DNA from: Antedon mediterranea
Taxonomy: Eukaryota; Animalia; Echinodermata
NCBI RefSeq assembly: GCF_964355755.1
Contig: NC_092670.1
Span: 4,888,201-4,952,200, forward strand
Reading direction: 5' to 3'
Length of the DNA stretch: 64,000 nt
The translations under genes and the position numbers were made by a program. Position 1 is the stretch's first letter; each line of letters begins with the position of its first letter. A model generated the notes under the pieces. It did no database searches, had not been told where the DNA came from, and was given only the letters and a program-made list of their open reading frames with translations. Shown one piece after another: positions 38,252 to 51,872 of the stretch.

Positions 38252-41066
38252 AATGAATTACGGTATCTCACTGTATAAGTTATTTATAAACGTATTAGTG
38301 AAGAGAAAATATATACATGTGCATTGCAAACTAGTAAGAATATTTCGTGATGAGTAGGGGTTACCCCGGTTTCAACAAATTTATAGATGCTTGATCCGTA
38401 AGGAGAGCAGATTATTAATCAAAGTGCATATATAGCCTATTTGCGCTATTTACACAACAACCTATTCTTATTATCGAGGAGAATATGTAGGTGTAAAAAG
38501 ACATCATCTTACAACTATTACTATTAGAGATTGAACCAGAAACAACTACTTCAATAAACATAATAAGAATTATTACTAGCAATACACTTTATTGATATTT
38601 ACTAATAAATTGTGTTTAACGTATTATCAGTAGAAACATTGTACTACTGAAATATAAATTATAAGTGTCCTAAATACTTCAATACTGCATCATAGTGTTT
38701 TGTGAGGATGGGATGAGTCGAATCTTATCGCCTTTTCAAGAAAGAAAAATAGCATACATTTCGCCGAAATTATTAAGTACATAAAAGCTTTTTTTTTACC
38801 AAGTTATACAGTAAATTACAACAATTTTTAGGAGTTTATTGGAACCCCGGCGATCTTAATTAAGGGGATTCGGCCAAACCCTGACACGATCAACCACGAT
38901 CATTTTAGCCACCGGCCAGCGGCTGCTGTAAATGAGATCTAATGTCTAAACAAGTATTTAGCATATACAGTTGGAATTCATAGGTTATTTTCAAACGTAA
39001 AAACCGCTGGTTAACATTGTTACAACAGCAGTAAGTAAAGGACCTTTTTTTATTTATCTTTTTTTTTCCTACGCATCCAAAACTCGCCAATTATAATTAA
39101 CATATCTGCGAACAAATTGTTACATAATAATACAAAAAAATAAACTGAATACATATGTAGAGAATTCAATTTCTATTATAAATTGATAAATTTATACTCA
39201 TTTATTTACAGCTAAAATTAGTCAATTTAAGAATCTAAGTTACACACCAATTAAGTATAATATAATTAAATATAGAGACCGCAAACCTAATTGTTAAATC
39301 ATTTAAATTAATTTTTTAATGGCAAATTTATGACGTTTCACCTAGTTTTATGCTGAAAGTGTGTCGTCGCACTAACCTTATTTACTAGTTTAAATATTTT
39401 ATCCATCATGATCTGAACGAGTCTAATACACACACATATATTTTGTCGCCATTGTTCTATCCAATGTTTTATCAAATACACGTGTGTTGTTATCATTCAT
39501 ACAAACTGATATAACTTTAGATTAATGAAAGAGAAAATATTGTGTGTGATTAATTAAAAACAGATAAAAGGTTCAATTTTAAATCAATGACTTACCACGC
39601 TTACATCACTACAAAAAACGACTGTATAGGCATATGTTATTGGAAGACATGGTGTTAAATCAAACCTAATAAAGCAATTTCATAATGAATTAAAACATTT
39701 TATGGAGAAAAAGTTTAAATACAGAGAACGGCATTTAGGAAATTATACAGAAAAGACAATTATATGGTACAAGACAATTGGCAAGAAGCATACGTATATT
39801 TAAATTATACAGTACCGGTAACCCATGTGAGAGAAAGGTTGTATCCAGCAGCAGAAAGAAACCTCAGCTGCTGTGTATTGCCGTTAGAAGAATACCGTAT
39901 CAGGTAACATTTTAACGCATTATATTTGTAATAATTTAGACATTTGTTGTTTTAACAATAATGGTAAATTTTTATTTTCATAGGAAAGAGTCTCAATCCC
40001 TTCATCCCTGGTGATTGTTCTACAGTAAAATCCCTTTAATGTTAATGGACGATTATAAACTAAGACAATTATACTCGAATTAAAACTATCACTATCAAAA
40101 ATGCCGAGAGCATGCACAACTTCTTGCCAGTGAAGAAATGAATATTGATGCTTCGACCAAGTAAATTATTATTATTTTTCGTGAAACATCAAACTGACCT
40201 ACTAATTACTGACTGTCTCCAAAACGTCAAAGTGCCCTATCACGGACTAGACATTTGGCTTCCACAAACATAACAATGTTGCTGCTTAAATACGATTGAT
40301 ATTTATCAAACAAACATGTACAGTGATATATTTCAATATTGGTAAAACGTTCCCACGTATCTTACACTGTTAAATAACCATATTCTGCTTAGCGTAATGG
40401 TTGAAGTATCGAATCCGCGTCTTGACAGAGAAGAGTTAATCAAACGAAAAGTAAAATTATAATATATGATAAAGCCTATACCATACGTGAATCTGTTGCA
40501 GACACATTGCATAATATACAAAATAGGAAATCTAAAGTACAGTTTAACAAACGGAGAAATTAAATAAATAAGTAAATTAATGGATTTATAAACGAGTAAG
40601 TATATCAATGAATAAAAATATATTGATATTGCAAGGTTTACGAAAATGGGTCGCATGGTATTATTACCAACTGATGGTTGAAATCAATTTTGTTTATACT
40701 AGTGTTTTGCGCATGTCCACGTACGTCCACACATCAGCATTTCTCTTTCGGCAAAACTGTTATTCGGTTTAGTAAAGTAGCGTAAATGTTATGTTATTAT
40801 AAAGTCATTTGACATCAAATGGCATAAAGATTAAAGAAGCGAACTAAGAACAGATACATTAACGCCGTCGTTATTATTGTGGCCGTTGCCGTATAGCTAA
40901 ATTTCTTTCTTAGAATTTGAAAATGCGTAAACAAGCCAATGTATATTCCTTTAAAAAAACACCTGAATAAAGTCAAATTAAAGTCAAGTTAGTTAAATTT
41001 TTTAAAACATTTTTTGTAACATTTTAAAAACATATATAAACATATATTTTTGATAATTGTGTATAA

Positions 41067-41180
41067 AACAAGGCCATATACATGGCTGCAGTCGCGTGCT
41101 TACCGACCAACCGACCGACCAACCGACAGACCAACCATCGACCAACCGACCGACATAGTGAGCTATAGAGTCGCGTTTTG
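41067..41180 (-). mobile_element. HINE/DINE-1-like element, sister of 9717-9819
   Basis: Same subterminal repeats, expanded GTCG/GTTG microsatellite, 3' hairpin GCCAT-gtat-ATGGC. Confidence 0.75.
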
Positions 41181-41366
41181 TTAAAGTTTTTAATTTTATA
41201 ACGCTCATTTCTTCTATTAATTTGTTTTGTCGTCTTTAACAGTATATTATTGTGATTTTTATCAAAAATAAATGAATGAATAAAAAGAGCTAGTGGTGTC
41301 GATGCTTGAGTGTGGTGCTTATTCGACTGCATCGCTTACCAGATATATTTCGTTCGGCGTATATAA

Positions 41367-41519
41367 AGCTCGGTCTACACTATCAAACTTTATGTGACAA
41401 ACAAATATGATGGACAAAAGATGATGTCATATCACTACCATATTCAACCATATCACTACCATTATTTGGGCACATCATACTTTTCTTTTTCAAACTAGTT
41501 TGATAGTGTAGATAGAGCT
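41367..41519. mobile_element. MITE family B, full copy
   Basis: TIR AGCTCGGTCTACACTATCAAACT / AGTTTGATAGTGTAGATAGAGCT. Confidence 0.85.
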
Positions 41520-42754
41520 ATAATATTATTTTGGCAAAAGATGACCTCCCAATCCATGACATTAAGATACATCTATATTGATATTTTCATTATACCCTCC
41601 CGGCGCTCTATTCGATTGGTTATTCACAGAAACCTGAACATTGTTGTTGGCAAAACATTAACTGAAAGTTGCTTAATATGGAGAACTTCAAAGCAATGAT
41701 GACGTAAACATTCGCTCAACGATCCAACAAAATGTGACGTCATAACTAGTATGCCATTCATACATTGAACGGAAGATCTAAAAATAGGTCATTATGATAT
41801 TGACATTAGGTTATTCCGAAAACAATCGAAATAATTAATACGTGATATTGAATTAAGTTGCATAATGAAAATGGCGTCATTATACCAGTGGGATAAGTAA
41901 TCTAATTTACCTTTAAGTTAATTGGGGCTTATGTTAAACCGTCGGCTGCTCTTTGGAACCACGTAGCAATTTAAATAAGACAAGCAAATTGATCAACAAC
42001 TGTATACTCAAAATATTATCTGCATACTTAAAGGAATAGTTTTATTGTAGGCTGATTTATTGTCAAGGACCAAACAGCGTCTATTGGATTCCAAAATAAG
42101 CAGATAAATATATTTCCCCACTTACATACTAATCTAATTTCACTCATGAAATTTAACATTAAATACATATGCAAGATACATAGATCAATAACAAACTATA
42201 ATTCACTGTTATGGAAAAAGTGAGTGCCCAAATGGCTTTCAAACCGCACGATTGAATTTGAATGAATATCTACCATTCCCATGTTTTGTATTATAAAGTG
42301 TACCTCATAAATATTGGTTTGCAAATTAAGTTCAAAGGGCAGCTGCAGAAATGTAATATTAGTAATTTTGACGATAGGTCATCGAGTAGGCCTACTATTG
42401 AGTGTTATGTTAACAACCCCAGCGAAAAACTACACATGTGTGCATTAAATCGAACTATTATTTATTTTAATAGTACATTTAGTTGGATAGCGTTTGCAAA
42501 TATAAATTCAGATCTATCACAACAAAAATACCTTATCCTTTGACGAACGGGTCGCTCGCCAAATCAGTTGTGATTTTAAACAAAACGTGTAGCTATGTAG
42601 TTAACCAATGTGTTGAAAAAATTATTTATCAACGCCAAAAAAAATTGAATTATAGCCGTACAAATATTTAAGATTAGGTTAGCATGACTATGTTATGGTT
42701 TAGGACTCTGCTCATTAATTGTGTGGTGACACTTTCTTGAAACGATTTTAACAA

Positions 42755-42980
42755 CCATGATTGGATAAAATCGTTATGACGTTATCGCGTCAGACCTATC
42801 ATGATCCATAATGACCGATTACCATGGAAACGTCTGCAAAATGCCAAAGTACACCAATACATTAATAATATAGCAGTAGAGTGACGATATGACTAGCTTT
42901 AGAAAAAAGTCCTCTACACACACCCATTCAAGATAGTACTTATATAGACCTAACAAGTTAATTCTCAATATTCATTTGAG
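42755..42980 (+). promoter_or_regulatory. Candidate promoter of the neuropeptide precursor gene
   Basis: ATTGG 42760-64; CRE-like TGACGTTA 42777-84 and CGTCA 42788-92; X-box-like ATTACCATGGAAAC 42818-31; CCAAT 42854-58; TATATAG 42941-47 about 30 bp before Inr-like TCATTT 42972-77. Full CRE TGACGTCA at 41735-42. Confidence 0.45.
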
Positions 42981-43113
42981 ATCCGCCTGGAAAAACCTTT
43001 CTGTTTTTTTAATTCTACCGTTGAAGTTTTTAAATAATAACCGGACTTGTGATTGCGTTTAAATAATACATAGCGGATCTTTCACTTAGGCTCATTGCTG
43101 CTTTTAAACTAAA

Positions 43114-43117
43114 ATGG
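43114..43117 (+). CDS. Neuropeptide precursor, exon 1 coding part (ATG-G)
   Basis: Reads aaaATGG|GTAAGT, a consensus donor. Splicing to 49909 gives in-frame M-D-I-T-M-T-T-R. Confidence 0.6.
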
Positions 43118-45391
43118 GTAAGTTGTATTTATTTTATTCTCAATAACAAACGACGAAGACATTCAGTAAATTCGACTACTGATTTATTGAGGCTTTTTTA
43201 TGGAGAATATTTCTATATAAATTGACGACATTTACGAATTATGATTATTATTTATAATATTTACCCGGTTAAGGTTTCAATGTTATCAACATTCAATATT
43301 CTTTGAAGATCTAAAATCCTTGGGACCCTAAATAATTAATTTTAAATTTGGTTTGGTAAGTTTTTCTCGAGACTATTTTGGGCGCCACTTGGATTTCAAA
43401 ATTGTGACTAATTTGGAAAGTAACACTGAGAAAGAACCTCAAATTTATTTATACATTTGAGGTTCCGTGACTGTTATGTTATTGTATTATAACATGAACC
43501 TAATTTAGATAGAAAAATCTGACATCAAATGGATCCGATGGTACAATATAGTTTGCCAGAAAAATAGTATTAAATCACTGAAATGTATTTTAATGGAATC
43601 TGGACTGATATAAAACGTGGTTTAATATAGATGTGGTTACAAATAGACAAGAATACAATAGGATAAACACTGTGTTCTTTCACACTAACAAGTAATATAT
43701 TTCTGTTAGTATGTGTAGGCTTATGTGGAATAGAATAGCAACCATTCTGTTGATTTAAGCTTCAGTAGACATTTTGCTTTATTACCTAAACGTGTATTTT
43801 AAATTATGTTTAAAAAATGCAAAGTTCCAAGATTCAAAATGTCTGTTACCACACGCAAATTTCCTCCTTTCTTTTAAAGAGAATTACGAGGGCGGTATTT
43901 TGAATGAAGAAGACTTCACCTATCAATTCCGAAATTCCCGGTTATTAAATAATAACGTAAAGGCATTTTTCCAATGTATTTAGCTTGGCAGTGCAAAAAA
44001 AAAAACAAAAAACCTTTAAATGCGCACTTATAGCACGCGCAGTGCCATTTTAGTTGATTCTACAAACCATCCATAATTCCAATTTAAATCTTGGTTTGTA
44101 TGTTTGCTTTTAACGTATCCAATTTCTAATGCTTACCACCTACTCAAACTCTTTGATTCATTCTACTGGCGTTGTACTTATTTTGTATCTATCATTATTG
44201 TTAGCTTATAACTAATTCATTTATGTTTCATCTACGACATACGTCTCTCATCTTGAAGAACAATATCCAAGGTCAATTAGCTCTGAAGTCACTAAACTAT
44301 TAGTAACATGATACGAAGCCCAACAACCAGTGTTTAATTATCGCTAATATTTTTAAATTCAAACAAATTCGAAATGATTAAAGGTTAAGTGAAATTATTA
44401 AATCATAAAGGTCAACCTTGGGGTAATATATTAATATAAAAAAACATATACTGTAAATGTAGAATAAGAAGGATTACCGAATCTATTAGAAGTTTAGAAT
44501 GAAGAAATGTAAATAATTCCATTAAACCTTTCATAATTGTACAAAATAAGTACATTTCATTGTATTCAATTTTTCAATCAATACATTGATTGTACAGTAC
44601 AGTACAGTGCTACAGTAGTAGGCCTCTTTCGATCACACATTATCATCAATGTAGTGATATAACAAGAACTATCTGTACCGGAGAGTTCAGTAACATACGT
44701 TGTGGACATTTATAACTCGATAAAACCCTTAAAATAACAACTGCAGGTGACGAATTACTCATAATTTATCACGTTTTAATGTTTTAAGCTGTAAATATAT
44801 TATTAATACACCTACTGTGTCTACAGTAGTAATTGAAATAAGTAGTACCTTTAGGTTTAAAATGTATAAAATATTAATAAATCATATCTAAGCACGTGTT
44901 ACCGCCTTTATGATAACACCTTATACTTTCTGAATGCATGGACACAGACCCGACGTCGTGAAATGAGGCATTTGTTTGTTGTCACAAACACTCCGGAGTT
45001 GCCCCTTTAAACGTCTCATTAGAAAAGATAATTATGGTATCATGTATCAGCTAATAATTTACATCTTTTAGTACTTAAAATGTTTATATTTTATGTTCAA
45101 TGATTTACGAGAAGTGTACCATAAGAAAAGTTAAACATATAAAGGAAATCCTCACTCATCCGTTACATTACTGTTACAGTTTTAATATATCTGGTATTAG
45201 ACTACAACCACCAAAAGCCAATATATGTATAACTAGAAGTCATTTGTTGTATTGTTTTAGCATGTTGTATAATTTATTAATTTAAAATGTTCGACGATAA
45301 CTCTACACTGTCATTTTTGTTTTAATAATACTCATTTTTAATCGTTTTAACATTGGTCTATTGCGTTTTTGCAATCTTTTTTGCGTTTTTT

Positions 45392-45996
45392 AACAGTATG
45401 TTTACAGTATATTTAACATTGGCCTAACAATATTTTAACATTAGCCTAACAGTATTTTAACATTAGCCTAACAGTATTTTAACATTAGCCTAACAGTATT
45501 TTAACATTAGCCTAACAGTATTTTAACATTGGCCTAACAATATTTTAACATTAGCCTAACAGTATTTTAACATTAGCCTAACAGTATTTTAACATTGGCC
45601 TAACAATATTTTAACATTGGCCTAACAGTATTTTAACATTAGCCTAACAGTATTTTAACATTAGCCTAACAGTATTTTAACATTAGCCTAACAGTATTTT
45701 AACATTGGCCTAACAGTATTGTAACATTGGCCTAACAGTATTTTAACATTAGCCTAACAGAATTTTAACATTCGCCTAACAGTATTTTAACATTGGCCTA
45801 ACAATATATTAACATGGGTCTAACAGTATTTTAACATTCGCCTAACAGTATTTTAACATTCGCCTAACAGTATTTTAACATTCGCCTAACAGTATTTTAA
45901 CATTGGCCTAACAGTATTTTAACACTGGTCTAACAGTATTTTAACATTGGCCTAACTGTATTTTAACATTGGTCTAACAGTATTTTAACATTGGCA
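45392..45996 (+). repeat. 22-bp minisatellite, about 27 units, in intron 1 of the neuropeptide gene
   Basis: Unit aacagtattttaacatt(a/g/c)gcct. Confidence 0.95.
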
Positions 45997-48113
45997 TATA
46001 GCGTTTTTGCAAGTTGATGTGTGGCCTAGGCATATTTCTTTCTTTTTCTAGTTGTATTGTCTTAATTATGCGAAGCAAAATTAATTTACATTTTAAGTAC
46101 ACCAAGAGTTCTTGAATCTTATATATTATGAACTAGTAGATAAATACATCTTAAGATGTCCGTGGTTTGCCCTTTAAACAACATTAGAAGATAATGATAG
46201 GCTTGTGCATTGTTGATCCATGGTAATGATTCATTTACTTATGTCTCTGAAAGTTAAGATTTATACGAACCACGATATTTAAAAAGTCATTTCCATAATT
46301 ACCATAAGTTTTGTTTTGATAGGCCTAATAATGTTATTTATTACCGTATGTATAGACATTACCTATGTACTACTTCAAACATATTTGTTTATTTTCGCGA
46401 CATTAAACAATCGTGAAAATTAATGACATCGAAAATATTTCAATTTAAACATTTTAGGTCGCAAACATTATTTGAAGTTATTCTGCTATATTTGTAGGCC
46501 TATACTAGCATCGAATGTTCGTATCAGAAATAAGCAATAGCCATAATATAAATAGCAAACGTAAAGTCTCTTCCTTTTTGTCAAAAGGTTTAAATGAAAA
46601 TGTGAATTTATCATATTCTAATTACTATTAGGCCTACAACAATTTTGTCATTTATTTTTATTCATTTTAATATACTAGCATTATGCCTATGTATTACAAC
46701 TTTCAATATGATAAAGGAACCAACAAAATGCATTGAACAAACAGCTTTACTAACAAGACTTCAGATGCTATAAATTCGATATATTGGCCTGTGTACCGAT
46801 TATCGATAACGTTTTAAAATTGTCTCCAACATTGTATACAAAGTATAGCCGTAAAAGGTATAGTTTACAGGATAGTTACGATTGTATAAATAATCAGTCC
46901 GCATAATTAAGAAAATCCAATCGTATATCTGCACAACCAATGTGGACAACATATTGATTAATGTTTAAGCCAACTTTCAGTTGGGAATAATTTAGATTTA
47001 TTTATAATTAATACTAATTAACCGTTCGGTCTATAGGGCATTGTTGTGTCGCGCAATTGTTGGCGGGCAGTGACACAGTTATTATACTGCAGTAATTATG
47101 TTTAGAGTCAATCTGAACGTGGCCGGATGTGTTGAAGCATTTTCTTTGGGCGAAGTAGGCCTACTCTATGCGTGGTAATATGAGTGCTGATTTTAGCATC
47201 TAAACTATACTTCTAACCAATCAATATTATCACCTATAGAAAATAGATAATAAGCTTCCTAAAATTTGCATTACGGAACCGTTGAAAAGAAATCAATTAA
47301 GCCGTTTAGATAAATATATCTAATTCAAACAAGAAAAAAGTAAGGCTACCTATTACAGAGAATTTTTGCCAATGGCGAAAAGTAAAGCATTTACTTTGCC
47401 CAAACAAAATAAGTTGAAGGTGCTTTCTGGCCAAATTTCTCTTTCTGAATACAATGCAATACAATTTGGATCTCTATGTTTGCAAAGGTTCGCACCGTGC
47501 AATGTATTTAAATATAAAAAGACAGCTCTGTAATAAAGTCGCAAATCTTAAAATAAACGTATGTAATTAAAATATACAAAAAAAACTTGTAAACGTTTTG
47601 TTGTTGAATTTTACACTTTGCGTTTATTTCGCGATTTGCGGCTCTAACACAGAGCTATCCAATAGGGGTCGAATAGGCACACTCGCAATATTACGGTCTA
47701 CAGTATATATTGCGTTCGTGTTTTTTTTTTCATGCTCATGTTTCCACAATATATAGTTTCTCGTGTTGCCTTTGAAGTTTATAAAAAGCATCAATAAGTA
47801 CATTTCCTCAAATTAAGGCAGAGACAAGCAATGTGATTTATTGTACAATTTGTAAGAGGACTAACAGAAACACACTTCCGTTATAAACTGTTTCATTTAG
47901 GTAATATCGTTTTGGCTTTTCATTCACTAATTCACCCAGAAATGCGACTTTCGTATATTTCTCTAATTCCTGTATTCCTTCTCTTACCCCGTTATATTAA
48001 GTCCATTCGATTGATCTATTCAAAAATTACTCGATAATCAAATACTAATGTGTAATTCGGTCATGTGCAGTACGTACGATTTATTTCTTGCGTAGTATGA
48101 TTTAAACTACCGT

Positions 48114-48365
48114 CGTCGTCGTCTTCAAAGCAAACACTGATCGTAGCTTCTCTAACAGTATTCTGAAACCATCTCCTGTCTTCTGACATCCTACTTGTTT
48201 GCTCCATAGAGCCAAACACATATGTTATAGTCTTTTCCCATTTGCATCTTAGTCTTACTCTTCTGCAGTTCCCTGAAATATAAGCCTCCAACACTCTCTT
48301 CTCCATTCCATCTTGCCGCTTAATGTGACCAAACTAGCACAATTTCTGCTTTTTAACATACTGCT
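48114..48365 (-). mobile_element. 5'-truncated RTE-clade LINE insertion with 13-bp TSD
   Basis: Minus frame ..GHIKRQDGMEKRVLEAYISGNCRRVRLRCKWE..DRRWFQNTVREAT matches the RTE ORF C-terminus pattern; (GAC)n tail; TTTAAACTACCGT duplicated at 48101-48113 and 48366-48378. Confidence 0.85.
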
Positions 48366-48619
48366 TTTAAACTACCGTGCCCTATATCAAAACATGAATC
48401 TGAAGGAGTCTGCATATAAACAATCACATACTATTCGTCCTGTGTCTGTGGACTATGTTATATACCTACAGAACATTAATTTATCAATAAATTGTTAAGT
48501 CATTCATTCGATTGTTAATTCCTTTCCATTTATTCGATTATAGTAGTTTGTATCGTTGATAAATCGTCAGAGCTTATAAGATAAATGTGAAATATCTTAA
48601 TATCTTTTATAATCCAACC

Positions 48620-48785
48620 TACATCAGTGTTGGTGCAAATTGGTATTTTAGGATATTGTAGGTTGGTTTTGTGGAAGTTGCTTATCTTGTTAATTTCCTG
48701 TTGAAATTGTTGCTCTTTTTGGTTTTTTTTTGTATGATTTGTATATGGATGTTCTAGCGAATTAAAGAAAATGAATGAATGAATA
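48620..48785 (+). repeat. LINE-like 3' end with (ATGA)n tail; inverted sister copy at about 60949-61112
   Basis: ttttaggatattgtaggttggttttgtggaagttg...aatgaatgaatgaata matches the reverse complement of 60949-61112. Confidence 0.7.
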
Positions 48786-49908
48786 TAAGCATCAGAATAA
48801 AAAAATTAATGTTTAATTTACTATATGATTTTGGATCTATACTGTATCATACCATGGCAATCAAACAACAGTATCTTGTAGATATTAAAAGCCTTCAAAC
48901 AAAATTAGGATGCAACTGGAAAAAATTAATAAGTCGCAAATCGTGAAAAATTGTTCTAATAATAATTGTCATTGACACTGCATGATTATATAATTACGTG
49001 TATGAAATATAATATGAAATTGATTATACCATCACATCATGTTATAAATAAACTACTTTTTGGTACTAGTTAACGATGTGTATTAGTTGTTGATGCATAA
49101 ACATTGTGTGCTGTACTGATCATAAGACTGAATTCACATCTTATCGTCACGAAAGAAACACAAAATTGACGCGCGTGTCGAAACCGTGCTATTTTCATCG
49201 CGCTTTGTGCAGTGTGTTTAAGCTGATATTTCAAATAGTCGAAGATGTTTGGCGTAAAGAAGATTATTTTGATTTTGATTGAGAAAATATAATGTCCACC
49301 AAGAAACAACGCCTTTTTTTCAGAAAGGTCGCCCTATCAAAATAATGAGTTTCCCCATCGGGGCAGTACAAGGAGCGGTAATTTAACAGTGCGTAATAAC
49401 AATGGTCAGTAAAGCGTACTATTATGGTCAGCTTCTTTCTGGACATTGTTGCAAACCAAAAGTGGGCTTGGTGGGCGTGACGAGAACTTTCTGCCTTAGC
49501 CAGGTCTTAAATTAAAGTACACTTAACAAAAACCTTAAAGGGGTTACCAGTATATAGGAATCAGAATCGAAGTGAATTTAGGCCTACAGTCAACACAATG
49601 CCTACTATGATATTTTAGTTAAACTTCGGCCTATACATGCATTCACATCGTATCAGTATTAGTAATTTGTAATTGATCCAGTATACTAGTTAAGTTGTTT
49701 TAGAAAATTAGTAATTGAAGATTAAGTCGGAATGCGGGTCAACGTGTTTATATTAAGGCCAATTCACAAAGACCAGCAGTAACGGTAATACAAAATAGAA
49801 TCTATGTTATTCTTTATGACCATTTACACACAACCCGGAGCGGACGAGCTGTTTCCGAGTTACTAGTTTCTATATCATCCTTAAAAAGTCTTACTCTGTT
49901 TCTTGTAG

Positions 49909-50151
49909 ATATTACAATGACAACAAGAAATACTTTGAAAATAATCACCTTCCTACTTATCGGGTGCTGTTGCTTAACTCAAAGTGTTCCCGTTCTTAAA
50001 TTTTCTGGTCAAATTTCATTGGAAGGTGATGAAGAGTCAGGTTTGGCGTTACCATGGATACTCATGTCTAAAATGATAGATTCAGACAGACCAATGAACA
50101 TAGATACAGATAACTCATCAGAATATTATTCAGGAGAACAGAATGATGTTG
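49909..50151 (+). CDS. Neuropeptide precursor, exon 2 (signal peptide plus acidic propeptide)
   Basis: Acceptor ctctgtttcttgtAG; reads MTTRNTLKIITFLLIGCCCLTQS|VPVLKFSGQISLEGDEESGLALPWILMSKMIDSDRPMNIDTDNSSEYYSGEQNDV; phase-1 donor GTGAGT at 50152. Confidence 0.9.
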
Positions 50152-50275
50152 GTGAGTACAAGCATTTTTTTCCTTATTTTGATTCATGTATTTTTATTTC
50201 CTAACTACTCGAAAAACTGTATGGCAAATATAAAAGTGTGTGCGTCACATGTTTCTCGTGTATAATTATTGTTAA

Positions 50276-50370
50276 ATTCTGTCTACACTATCAAACTAGT
50301 TTGACAAAAAAAGTTTGATGTCCCCAAATATGGTAGTGATAAATACAGTTTGATAGTGTAGACAGAGCGT
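50276..50370. mobile_element. MITE family B, internally deleted copy
   Basis: TCTGTCTACACTATCAAACT ... AGTTTGATAGTGTAGACAGAG. Confidence 0.8.
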
Positions 50371-50455
50371 TAAGTTCTGTCACACATTCTATCATAATAT
50401 TAATTACGTGTGACACATGAAACTTACAACAAATAGGCCAAACTCCATACATGGT

Positions 50456-50795
50456 AAACAACCGACCGACACTGGGTGATGAATAATCTTAAACCAAGCT
50501 GAAAACACCCGCATTTTTGTAACAATTCAACTAAACATTTTCACCAACCGAATTAGTTGTTGCAAACATTAATACATTCGGCATATTTGAGTCAATTATA
50601 GGAAAATTAGTAATGATATACTAAGAAGAAAGTAGTCTGGAAAACTAAAAGACTCCAACTAACCTAATGTAAAGCACTATACAATGATAAACAACCGACC
50701 GACACCGTCTGACAGATGAATAACCCGAAAAACAAGCCGAAAACACCCGAATGTCATCATTTTAACACCAATTCAACTAAAACTTTCCACCAACT
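50456..50795 (+). repeat. Diverged direct repeat pair (about 95 bp; about 50456-50550 and 50688-50794)
   Basis: aaacaaccgaccgacac...gatgaataa...caagc.gaaaacacccg...caattcaactaaa...caccaac occurs twice. Confidence 0.65.
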
Positions 50796-51872
50796 AAAGA
50801 AAACGGGAAAAAAACAATAATTAATCACTATTATATTTGTATAGGAAGTAATAAAACTGAAATGTGTCAGTCACCAAGTGATTACTTTGAAGAAATCTCT
50901 ATTATTTGTAATAAATTGCAAATAAAACAACAAACAAAGTGGTTGGATTAACTTGATGGTTGTAATTCATCAAAGACAACAATAAAAGTCTTGGTTCATT
51001 TAAGGCTAAACAAAGTATTATGAATTTTCAATAGATTATTTTTTAAGAGCAATGATTATTCATATTATGAGTATTTAAATGGGCAATTTAGCCTGAAAGT
51101 CGTGACGCAGTAAATGTCGATGAGCGTTTGTACGCCCGACAACATTTGTTAGGTTTCACAAATTAACACTCTGTAGCCTAAATCGTAACCAGAGTTTTTC
51201 GGAATTACAGATAGATGCCATGTGTTGTTGTTTTTGGCTCAGATATATACTGTTTCGTATGTTTTTCAGCGTTTCCAACCCTCTTGAAACCATTCTAAGG
51301 CGTACCATGCGATACAATATCAAAATGTTGGCTACAACATACATATATGAAGCAGTTTAGGTCATTACCAGGTATTTTAATACTAAAAGAATTAGAGTGT
51401 TCCGTTAAAGCCCTAGACGTCTTCTGCGCCACCTACCGGTGGTTTCGGGAACATTGCGTGTGTCCATCCAGTGTCTGTGCGCGCGCATCGCTTCTTTATC
51501 TCAACTTTAAATATCAATGACGCAGATACATTTAGCACGCAATTTTACTTATAATATACGCTAAACCATTAACCACAGCCGTGAAAGGCACCGACAAAAA
51601 AATGCTTTTGCAAACGTAGTAGACGTATTAAATAAAACCTGAAGTCGGGTTCAAACATACACAGGATCATTCTCTACACAGCACGTTACTATATAAAGAT
51701 CACATCGCTAATTCATGCACAAATAATAATTATAAAATATTGTTTAATGTATTCAATATATTTCAATAAGAGCGAGTCGGTTAAAAACTTATTTGTGTGT
51801 TAATTTATCTAAAATAATGTCGTGGTTTATTCAATTGATTTCTAATAAGAATTAATATATTGTATATTTCAG

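Noticed and set aside
50152-50204. C-terminal part of the 95-aa track ORF (EYKHFFPYFDSCIFIS)
   Set aside because: Read-through into intron 2 past a consensus GTGAGT donor.
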